From positions 27,280,001 through 27,344,000 of the forward strand of contig OZ116706.1 in NCBI GenBank assembly GCA_964199315.1: 64,000 nucleotides of DNA, written 5' to 3'. This stretch comes from Orbicella franksi. Its lineage: Eukaryota. The notes below the pieces were generated by a model. It ran no database searches. It had not been told where the DNA came from and was given only the letters and a program-made list of their open reading frames with translations. Positions 35,997 through 47,300 of the stretch are shown piece by piece (positions within the stretch are counted from its first letter, which is position 1; the number at the start of each line of letters is the position of its first letter). The position numbers and the translations under genes are program-made.

Positions 35997-38351
35997 TTAA
36001 CCAGTTGGGACGTGGATGGCAGGTCCTTTAGGATCATCAAACCTATCCATAGTTGTCAGGCTGAACATGGCAAGCACACCAGTAAACAGGATGAGTATGA
36101 GAATCCCAGCTGTGATTAGACCCATGAAGATGGGAATGGTAAAGAAACCCACACAATCGTATGCATACTCAAAGGTACCATTATTGACATTGAAAGGTTG
36201 GACCTGCAAGAAATGGGCAACTCTTGTCAGTGAGGAAGCACTGAGCACAAGATAAACACTCTAGCCTGCAAAGCAAACCCTTCCTAAGTGAGAGAAGAGC
36301 TTTTTCCATGCTCTGGTTTGCTATTTTTGCACGGCCAGAATGTGGATGAACCTAAATTAAGAAATAGAAAACATGTACAGTGTTTCTATCGGGTTCTAGT
36401 ACAAATCTACTAGCATTAGAACTATCACCAATGCCATTCAACAATTGGCTATGCTACTCACTATCTATTGATTGTAGATCGTGAGTAGCCTAGCAGTGTG
36501 CAGTTGTTATCGAAATGTGTGGAATGCCAGAACTGTCTTATGATACTTTTTTTTAATTATATTGGGTGGTTATGTCATTATATTTAGTACTTATGTTATT
36601 ATATTCGGTGATTAACTCATTATACTCGGGGCTTATTCCATTATACTCGGTGCTCATGTCTTTATATGCAGTGCTGTCTTCATTATATTCGGTGCTTATT
36701 CCATTATATTCGGTGCCTTCCTCGTTATATTCAGTGCTTTCTTCGTTATATTCGGTGCTTTCTTAGTTATATTCAGTTCTAACTTTGTTTGGTGTTTTCT
36801 TCATTATTACGGGTGCTAACACTATTATATTCGGTGCTCTCTTCCTTATATTTGGTGCAAAGGCCATTATATTTGGTACTTCCTTGTTCGGGGCTTACTT
36901 CATTATATTCAGTGCTTACTTCATTATATTCGGTGCTTACTTAATTATATTCGGTGCTTACTTCATTATATTCGGTGCTTTCTTCGATATGATCGTCACC
37001 AGTCTTCGCAAGGGGCCATACAATTTGGAGGTAGTCTAGGGAAAGCCAGGAAAAATGGGTGTCATGAAAACTCAGACCCCGAAACCTCAGACCCCAAAAA
37101 CTCAGACCCCTCGAAATTAAAAACTCAATTGTTATCACCTGAATTACTCTATGGCCACAATGGGGCGAGATGTTTATCTTCTCCGGTTTATGTTGTTGCG
37201 TCTATCAAATGGTGAAAAACAAATATTTAACTTCTCAGGTTTATCGCTGTCGTGTCGGTCAAACAGTGAAGAACTAACAAGGTTTAGAACAGCAGCCGAC
37301 ACTGTTTTTCAAAACAGACCTTTTTTATGCAATTGTAAGCGGCAAAAAAATGTGTTGTTCTCTGAAACATACTCGTTTGATCGCAATCTGCTTGTTGACT
37401 TTATGTTCGATCGACGCGACAACATAAACCGGAGAAGATAAACATCTCGCCCCATTGTGGCCATAGAGCAATTCAGGTGATAACAATTGAGTTTTTAATT
37501 TCGAGGGGTCTGAGTTTTTGGGGTCTGAGGTTTCGGGGTCTGAGTTTTCCCGTTTTTCCCGGCTTTCCCTAGACTACCTCCAAATTGTACGGCCCCTTGC
37601 GAAGCGGCAGGTTTCTTTCACAGGTCACAGGTCACAGGTCACAGGTCACAGGTCACAGGTCACAGGTCACAGGTCACACTCAAAACACTCAGTAAAACTC
37701 GCGATGTAACAATTACCCGAGATTCCCAAGAGGTTTATCGATGTTTCCATGCAACAAACCCTAACTTAAAATGTTTTACTGTATAATTTTAATGAAAAAA
37801 ATTCTACGGGTGGTATATGTACGAAATGGGTTGAAATGTAGCTTTCAGACATGTAGTGTTAATATATTTTATCGTAATAAAATAATTCATTATGATAGCA
37901 AATTGAACTGTTTTCTTTCTCTCATTTTTTGAAATCTTTACAACGGGTATGTACTAAACAGAAACAAGAGGGTCCCCTATACCTCCTCTGAAAACAATTT
38001 CACGCATAAGTAATTGGCCTTTTCACGCATCACAAAAAATTCGAAAACAGTTTTACCTTCACAGAAAAAAAGAAGCAATCACTTTTCACGTAAACATGCA
38101 AAGGCTAAATCATGTGTCACATAAAAATACAAATTTTATCCACGTTTCTCAAAACATACAGAACCCTCCATTTTGATGCATCGAAATGCCGTGTGTGACA
38201 CATCGTGACAGACTAGATTCTAGGCCCTCCTGGTTCACTGTCGCTGTGGTTAGTTTCTCAGTCTTCCAGCCGCAAGCGCGCGGAATGGGCAGGTTTTACA
38301 TCTAGTTTCCCGCAAAAGTCGTTGGTTCACAAATCACATCTAAGTAAATGC

Positions 38352-38387
<36 letters not shown>

Positions 38388-41300
38388 ACTTTATTTAAAC
38401 ACGATAATAATTACAGCTAAAAGCTTGTGGGGTCGTGTATTTAAATTTAACTTAACTAAAAATTTAAAATTACGATTAAAATGTTTAGATTACGATTCCC
38501 AGATTTACAATAAAATTAATTATTTAATTAATTGCTAACTAGATCTATTACTAAGTTAATCTACTATATGATAATTCATAATTCACAGATCAGTGTAAGC
38601 CTCTTTCGTTTTCATGTTATATTGAAAGGCTACAAACAATTTATGTTTTCAACAGAAATAAGTCTTGGCTTTTGTTGGATCAATTTTTTTTTATTTCAGT
38701 GCTATAGCTGATTTCCCCTATGCGTTTTTTTTTTCAGAAAAGAGCCGTTATAGTTACACTTAGGACGCACTTGTGTGCATCTGTTTCATGACGTTTTGGC
38801 ATATTTTTTGGTGACCTGTGACCTGTGACCTGTGAAAGAAACCTGCCGCTTGCGAAGACTGGTGACGATCATATCAAAGAAAGCACCGAATATAATGAAG
38901 TAAGCACTGAACATAATGAAGTAAGCACTGAACAAGGAAGTACCAAATATAATGGCCTTTGCACCGAATATAAGGAAGAGAGCACTGAATATAATAGTGT
39001 TAGCACCCGTAATAATGAAGAAAACACCAAACAAAGTTAGAACCGAATATAATGAAGAAAGCACCAAATATAATAAAAACAGCACCGAATATAATGAAAA
39101 AAGCACCTAATATAATGAAGAAAGCACCGAATGTAACAAGGGAAGCACCGAATATAATGGAATAAGCACCGAATATAATGAAGACAGCACTGCATATAAA
39201 GACATGAGCACCAAGTATAATGGAATAAGCACCAAGTATAATGGGTTAATCACTGAATATAATAACATAAGTACTAAATATAATGACATAACCACCCAAT
39301 ATAATAAAAAAAAGTATCATAAGACAGTTCTGGTGTTCCATAGAAATGAACGCCGATTCTTTCTATTTTCGAAGTGTCTGTGAAGACAATTTACATAAAG
39401 TTTTAATTGACTAGCAGATTTACACTAAAACAATTAATATATTATTTGCTCTTGATTTCTATGCGTGATAGATGACTCAGGCTGCTCCCTCGTCAACTTT
39501 CTCATGGTAGAAATCTTGAGCTCATAATCCAATTGTTTATAGAAACACAATTTTAAACCAGTGAGTGCAGTTAATTTCTTTGGGCTATTTTCTAATAGTT
39601 CACAATGATCTGTGTAGTTTCTTCCAATCTGAAAAATTGTGTGCACATAAGATCCAGCCCAAAACCAATATTGTTCCCAGAGGCTGCCTTGGTTTTGGTT
39701 GGCACCAATAAATTGAGACTTCTGGAAGAAACCTGAAGGTGACTCAGTATTAGTTCCCATGGCAACTCTCTCTATGCATGCATGCACGTTTAGAAACCAT
39801 TAATGAACTAGAATGCGTAATAATAACTAAGAATATATTAATTAATATTTTAAGAAGAGGCCTCCAGTCACCTAATGGTGGTTTTCAGGAGGGGCCTCGA
39901 ACAAATAAAGGTCTAAAATATTGCATTACTATAAAGGTTTAACACTAGATTAAGAATGCTACTGACTACAGAGTAACATTAACATGGTTTAGTAAAAACT
40001 ATTTCAGCTTCTGTTTAAAAATCATTTTTGGCAGGAGTCTCTTGAGCTCACTCAGCAGTGAGGTCCAATCTGTAAAATTTTGCTTTATAATACGTTTTGT
40101 TTTCTTGGCCTGCTAACTTTGGGCACAATCAAACCAGACCCAGGATTCTCTGGACAAGGACGAGGAAATGGACAAGTGAATATATTAGAGATTGACCTCC
40201 CCACCCTTCATTTTTCAAGCCCTACTCACATTCCGCACTCACAATTCAACATAAAATTCTCACCTGAAAATGTTTAAAATTTAGGGAACTACCATTAGTC
40301 TTGAAGGTTACATTGATGCAACTGTACGAATACTCTGTTGGACCTTCCAGTGTGTCACTGCAGTTGTATGAAAACTTTCTTGTCATTTTTTCCCCTCCAA
40401 ATTCTCCATCAATGTCCAAGCTGGCCTCCGTACAGGTCCAGTCACCGTCTGAATCATTGGCGTTGAAGGAAAAACTTGAAGAAATAATTCAAAGAAGCAA
40501 CAAGATCAATAAGATTAATGGAAGGAAAAGATCTGATCTCTTTTCAGTCTGTATGCTAATTTTACTTCTAGTCAAAATACATGCACATAATATTCCTTGG
40601 TAACATTAGATTAACATGAAGACCCTGATGTTAATGTTGTAGGTCAGTTTGTTCTTTAAGTCAGAATGATTTCAACCCAGTTTAATTTGTTCCAAAGTTA
40701 AAGGAGGAGTCTAAGACCAAGAACTTATTAGACCAACAAATTTGAGCAAATTTGAGCAAATTTGTAATGATTGCTTGCTTGGCCTAGTGGATCAGATTAA
40801 GGTGGACTTCAAAGTCAGAGATCAGGTGTTCAAATCTAGGTGAGTACAAAATAAATATTAAAAAAATTATCTGGAGGGTTAGGGTTAAGGTTAGGGTTAG
40901 GAGTAAGGGAGGTTATTAAAAAAGTTATCTGGTGGGTTAGGGTTCAGGTTAGGAGTAGGGGGGTTAATATGAGATCCCGGCAGGGTAGGGTGGGGTCAGG
41001 AACTGAAGGGGGTGGCTGGTTTGCATCTCATTCTTTTTTAGAACCCCCCCAAAAAGTGAAAAAACTGGTTTGAAAAATTTAACCTAGGTTGAAACAAATT
41101 ACAGTGTAATCTAGGCTGAAATCATTCTGACCTAAGGAACAAATTGAAATACAAATTCTCATTACTGGTCTCTGTAAATTTTTCCGTTATTAATATTAGT
41201 TTGGAGAATCAACGTTTTGAGCCCTAACGTCAACATAAATTAGAATTCTTACCAGTTGCAATGGATTTCCTATAAATACTACTCAGAAGAATTTGAATAA

Positions 41301-44300
41301 ATAGGCCTGTACAGTCGAGCCTCGATTATCTGTACCTCGATTATCTGGATTTCTCGATAATCCAGACTTTTTCTCTAGTCCCAATTTTGTCATGGATATT
41401 TATTAGTCATGATCAAGATCTGTAGTAATATTCTTATTAAAACTATAGCATTAAAAAGTGCAGTCAAAAGCAAGTTTGTTTTGCTTTTAAAGAGCAAAAG
41501 CAGCACTCACATGCATCGTAACTAATAAAGAACACTTGAATGAGGTCTGATTGACTCAGAGTTGAGTGGTTCAAGATGTACTGTAGACCACATTGTTTTC
41601 CAAACGATTTGTAAAAGTGTTGTTTCACGATCAAATGTTGCTTTATTTAAACAGTTTTGTTCTTCATTGCGTTCGAAGAATGCAAACCTAATTTTGACCT
41701 GTGGCTTTCTAGAGTTGGTTGTCCTGGGCATGGTTATGTGCAGAAAAATCCACATTCCTGTACGGCCACCAAAATGGCCATCCCGCTTGATTTTCGCAGG
41801 GGCATGTCACGGCCAGTAAACTGGTACTGTTTGATGCTAAGACAGGTGATAAGACATGTGGCGAACATGTGAGTATGTAAGCAGGCCATGCGAGCTCATC
41901 TTTCTGTTGGATCTTTCTTTGACTTCTTTCCATTCAGTCGCTGTATGCTTCACTATTATGCGCTCTCAGCGTTAGATTTTGGAGAATTTAAACGCTTTGA
42001 TGGAAGCATTTATCGAAATCTGAGGGAATTGTTTCTTGTCTATTTGGGATGTTAACCGTGGGAACAGCTACATTTTGATTGTACTTGTTAATTAGTTCCA
42101 GTCGTGACAGATAGCTCAGTCTTTATCCAGTCGAAATGTTATTGTTTGGAATTGGTGGAAAAGTACTCTGAGGGCAAGATCCAAAAGTCTACTTTATTCA
42201 TCAGGGGAAATACTCCAAGTAGTTGCATGGAGTTTGTTTATGATAAATGAGCACTTGATTGCAAATGCTACAGCTTAAATTTGTGCTTCCAGCTTAGGAT
42301 AATGTACATAATTTAAATATTCTATGAAATTTGTGCGTCTACAGTAACTGATGGTGTCATGGAACGTATCAACAAATCGTGACCTCTTCCCTAGCATGGA
42401 CTTTGACACTATGCTTATCTGACTGTAAAATCTTGGTTGTGGCTGAAAAATGTTGATTTTAGCAGTAGACAAAGGTTGAAAGTCAGCTAGTGAAATCATT
42501 TATTTAAGGTATATATCTTAAAGTGAGGGCACTCTCATAATCTCTGATTACTGCTAGTTAATATTCATATTTTCGATTATCTGGACTCTCAATTTCATCT
42601 TGTCCCAATGGGTCTCGATAATTGAGGTTCGACTGTACATGCACATGTCTGTGTGAATGCAGTGTTAGTGGTCTTGACACACTGAGGTTGGGCACTGATC
42701 ATTGTTCATTGCCCCCTTTCCCTTGTACTTCATCTACAATCACATCTTGTTAAGCAAGTTTACCATTTTAATCTTACCTGAGGTCTAATTTTTTAATCTG
42801 TGGTCCCTTGAAGCTAATTAAAATGCTATAAAAAGGAAAAAATAATCACATTGAAGTAATATACAGTATCAAACACGAATGACCACGTTTGACCACATTT
42901 CCAAACACCGAGGAGAGAGTTGAAAATACAGAGTATTTTTCAAGTTGGAAATACAGAGCATTTTTGATGAACTTCAAGGTGTTTGGAAATGTGGTCAAGC
43001 ACTGTCTTGAGTGTTTGATATATCTTCTCAATCAAAACCAAAACTAAGGAGAAAATGGAGAAATGAAATCATAAAAATCTATGCTAATTAAGATCAGATA
43101 TCCAAACACCATCACGGTCATGATTTCCTTAGTTTAAACTTGATGAATTATTAATGAGTTTGAGAATAATAGTTACAACATTGCAGGGCTTGTGAGTGTT
43201 TGAAGATGAAGAAAATTAAATATCTTAAAATTAACTCGACTAAAGAGAGAAAAGCAATAACAGTGACATGAATCTAATACTTGCTTCTAATGGAACCACT
43301 AAGGTAAGTAAATTTAACTCTAGATTAGATAAATCAGGTTAACAAATAGATTCCATGTTGTAGTGCATCTGTTCTGCATCATTAATTGATCACAGATGAT
43401 GTCAAAATGTTGCAAAAACAAAAATATGACAGTGCTTTTGAGTTCTTCCACAGTTTTAAGCCGTTATTGTGATATGTAAGTATAATCTACATCTATGATC
43501 ACAAGGTCGGAGCTAAAATTGCCTACAGCTGTGTGGCGTAGCCCCTTTAAATCTGCTGGGTGGGTGCATACATTGTTTTCTGTACATTAAGAAAGTCAGG
43601 CATCTTGCCCAAGAACACGACTTAAGGACCCGTATTCAAACCTAGCACTCTCGCGTTGAGTGCAACATGCTAGTAGTGTTAACCATTACAACACTTCACC
43701 TCTCACATGGGAAAAACAGATAGATAGAGATAGATAGATAGATAGTTGGTGCCAGTTTCCTCCCTTGCAGCCAGAGGCTGAATTGCGGAGGAACCAGAGA
43801 GGTGAAATCGGACGTCGGCATATGAAGGCACACTTTAAAGCCACTTCAGTCCATAAACATAAACAACTTCTTCTTTAAACAATAGTTCTATGCATAATTT
43901 GTATCTCCTCCCAAAATATCAACGTACAGTAATTGCAGACATACCTGTCAGAAGTATTTTGACACTCTGAAGAAACAGTATATGTCATTTTTGTATCATT
44001 CAAGACATCAAAAGACACATTATTCGTTTCAAAGGTAAACCCCTTAGAGTACAGTAAGATGCAGTCACTGCTAGCAAACAAACTGCCATTAACAGGAAGG
44101 GCATTGGCATCTACAGCAGAGTTATTTTCTTCTAGTGCTCGGCGCAGTCGGTCGTGAGCCATGGCAGACCTTTCCTCTGACAGCTTTCTTTCATAAATGG
44201 CCTTGAATGTAAGCAATTGGTTCCTGTATTAGTATTAGCATAACATGTGTGGAATTGCCCTTCTTAGATTTATTCTGAGGACAGAACTTAGGCAGATGGA

Positions 44301-47300
44301 CACTGTAGGTAGACGATACAGATAACGAACCCCACAGTTCAAATGGACAGTTTAATCATTGTGCACATAAGTGCGTGTGAGTGAGTGAGTGAGTGAGTGA
44401 GTGGGTATGCTGTGAGTCCAACAGGATTTAACTCTTCAGAATAAAACGTCAGACGCTCAGAACAAGTTAAATGCCAGCAAAACACAGTAGAAACTGGAGA
44501 AAACTTAACTGCCAGCCACCAAACAAGTACTGGTGGAAAAAATGTACACTGTGCATAACGATGACACGTTAAGTGCTATTGAGTAGATTACGCAATCCCC
44601 AGAGGTAATGCAATAACGTGAAATAAAAACAAGGAAAATTCTAGTAGCTACAGACACAGGCTATTAATATCCCATCATCTGTCACATGGCTAATTTAAAT
44701 GATTAACATCATTTAAGACATTTTAATAATAACTGCGCATGTGATATGTGTATACAAGGCTGTTGCCTAAGGAAATTTTTAAGGCGCCCTTTGGGCTTCT
44801 TCCACCAAAAGTTAGGAGCCCAAGCCACTTTTTTAGGAGCCCAAATAAAATTCTCCGTGGTCAATCCGGGGGGGTGGGGGGTGGGGGGGGGTTGGGGAGG
44901 TTGAGGAAGATGGCGGGGGGTTAATTGTGGAAATTTTGGGGAGGGGTCCTGGGGCAGAGATTTTCCATGAGACACTAATATGGTCTAATATCAATCAAAT
45001 TTTATAAATAAAGCATTTAGCAAAGTGATCAGGTCATGACTGAGAAAGAATACTATTTCTGGTCAAACTCAATTATTGGTGTATCCATGCAGGTGCTGCA
45101 GCTTTTTTTATAAAAATTTATATTGCTGCTTTTGTTTTTGAGTTTTGCAATTCTATTTTAAAAAGACGAAATACGTTGTACAAATCATGAAATGCAAGCC
45201 ACAAATGAAAACAAACAAAAATGAAAGAGACATTTGGGGGGGGGGGGGGGGGTTTGAATTTGGCCTCACTGAAATGTGCGTTCCTTCCCCAGGCTTGGGA
45301 CATTAGTATAAACTAAAGGTGATTTTGAGGTAGCATTACAGTAATATTGGCCACTTCTTTGGAGAAAATAAATTCTTGTATATTGGGCGGGGTCGCGACA
45401 ATTGATTTGATAATTTAAAATATAGAACCCTAGTATGCAAAGAGAATTGCAATGATGTGTTCTTTTTGGTGGCTAGTTACTTGAATTATCCTTTCAGAAC
45501 CTAAAGAAATTCATTCAGTACATCTAAGTGAAGTTTTCTGAAGTATCAGACAAATATTTAGACACATTTATCTTTTTTCAACTGTAAATATAATGTCAGC
45601 AGGATCATCACTCCAATTCCAAAAATATTTGTTATCAAAGTAGTTAATTTGCAACTCGGAATCAGTAAGGCATCAATAGAGACACAATCCATTTGGCATA
45701 CATGCTTTACAGTTATTCAATACTGAGCTTGCAATGCATTATAGGGCGATTTTCAAACATGGCTGTTTTCGGCTGTTTCGTGAGTGGACAGAGACTTTGT
45801 TGCCGTGCTTTTGCCCAGATTTCTGGTGATAAAAGCAAAACAGGACCAGAGTAGCTGTTGTTTTCCGTTTAATTTATTGTGTGAACGATTTTTGACCAAT
45901 TTCATGAGAAGATTGAAGTAATCGAACATATTACATGGGAAACAAAACTCCATGTTTAGGCGCCCACTCGGGCTCCTTGAAGAAAACTTTAGTTGCCCGC
46001 ACTCGTAACTTAGGCGCCTCAGGCGACCGGGCGCCCGTTAGGCAGCAGCCTTGGATTATATGTAGTACGTGAGTTTGTTCCGAGACATCTTGACTTCCGA
46101 GATTGCGAGACCGACGGTACATAGACGAACACAAACACTTCAAAGTATTTTAAATGAGAACTCGAGACATTCAAGTTGTAAAATTATGTTCAGACATTCA
46201 TTTATAAAAAACAAACTTGAAAACAAGCAAACAAATTGGTACTTTAAGACTTTCTTAGCCTTGCAAGATATCGAGAAAGTGAGATAGCTTTGTGAAAAAA
46301 CTGAGACTGAGAGACGCACATAACTGCTAAAAAAAAGACTGAGACCCATGAAATTTGATGAATATTTTATGGCTTTTAAAAGAACCATTCAGCACCCCGA
46401 ATGGCGGCCAGATACTTTTGACAAACCTGATGGAAACCCTAAAAATTTACCATCATTTCTAACTGGGCAAAGAGAAGTGTTATACGAGTAAAGTATCATG
46501 AACAATAACACAGCTCAAAACCCCTTAGTTCACTGTCCTTTTAACAATTTAGTCAAATGTACACTGTACCTGGAAATAGGTGAAATAAACTTATTCACAC
46601 CCTCACCTCACTAGGGGCTGCTGCAGTCAACAAACAAGAATATGGCAAACCAGTTGATGAGATTTGATGAGTTACTGAACCAACCAACTTGTCTACAAAG
46701 AAACAGTACAAACAGTACATGAATTCAATTTTAATTTCCTCACAATTTCATTGCAATTGCCTTGGAAATCTGACAACAATAAAATACTAATGATGGATAC
46801 AAATTTCATTTTAGACTTACCATTTTGTGTGAAAATCTCTGCAGGGGTGCTAAATAGTTAATAAGGAAAAATATAATATCAATATATTGCAGTAATTAAT
46901 ATAAGCAGTTGGCAAAATGATTCAGGAGAAATGTTAACTGTCAAGTGTTTCAAAACTTTTCCATAGTCAGATTAGTTTCTACTTGCAAAATGTAAACACT
47001 ACAGCATGTATCATCGGCAAAAATTTGTAGATACAAGTAGATTATAGGAAGTGACCTATAATAATATTGGAGCCTAAATGAAAATTGTGCAAATGCAGAA
47101 ATTGCAGAGAGAGTACACAATTCTAAAGAGTGTTTTCACTCACGTGGCAAGCTGCCATGCAAATTTACTGTAACAAAAGAAAGTAATTACATAAGAAAAG
47201 AGTTCAAGTTCCACATGATTGGTTTGAGACACCAATGTTCGTAGTTGTTGTTTCATTGTTTTAACACACCAATATGGCTGCTGTGATGTCATGTGAAACC

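Larger units (their letters stand above)
36518..39342. mobile_element. 2.8-kb non-autonomous DNA transposon with about 530-570-bp TIRs built from about 21-bp tandem units; IS3EU-like
   Basis: 6-bp TSD GAAATG (36512-36517, 39343-39348). Termini TGTGGAATGCCAGAAC and, as reverse complement, TATGGAACACCAGAAC. Arms 36518-37677 (interrupted) and 38811-39342. Confidence 0.85.

Noticed and set aside
37757-37765. Telomerase-template-like AACCCTAAC
   Set aside because: Only 9 nt, inside a transposon, with no pseudoknot or H/ACA domain visible.
36566-39295. Hydrophobic or repetitive ORFs (36566-36766, 36785-37039, 38786-39106, 38825-39040, 39107-39295)
   Set aside because: They are translations of the roughly 21-bp TIR units; a period divisible by 3 keeps frames open.
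44868-45252. G-tracts and poly-G with quadruplex potential
   Set aside because: Low-complexity runs inside a repeat; homopolymer length is also error-prone.
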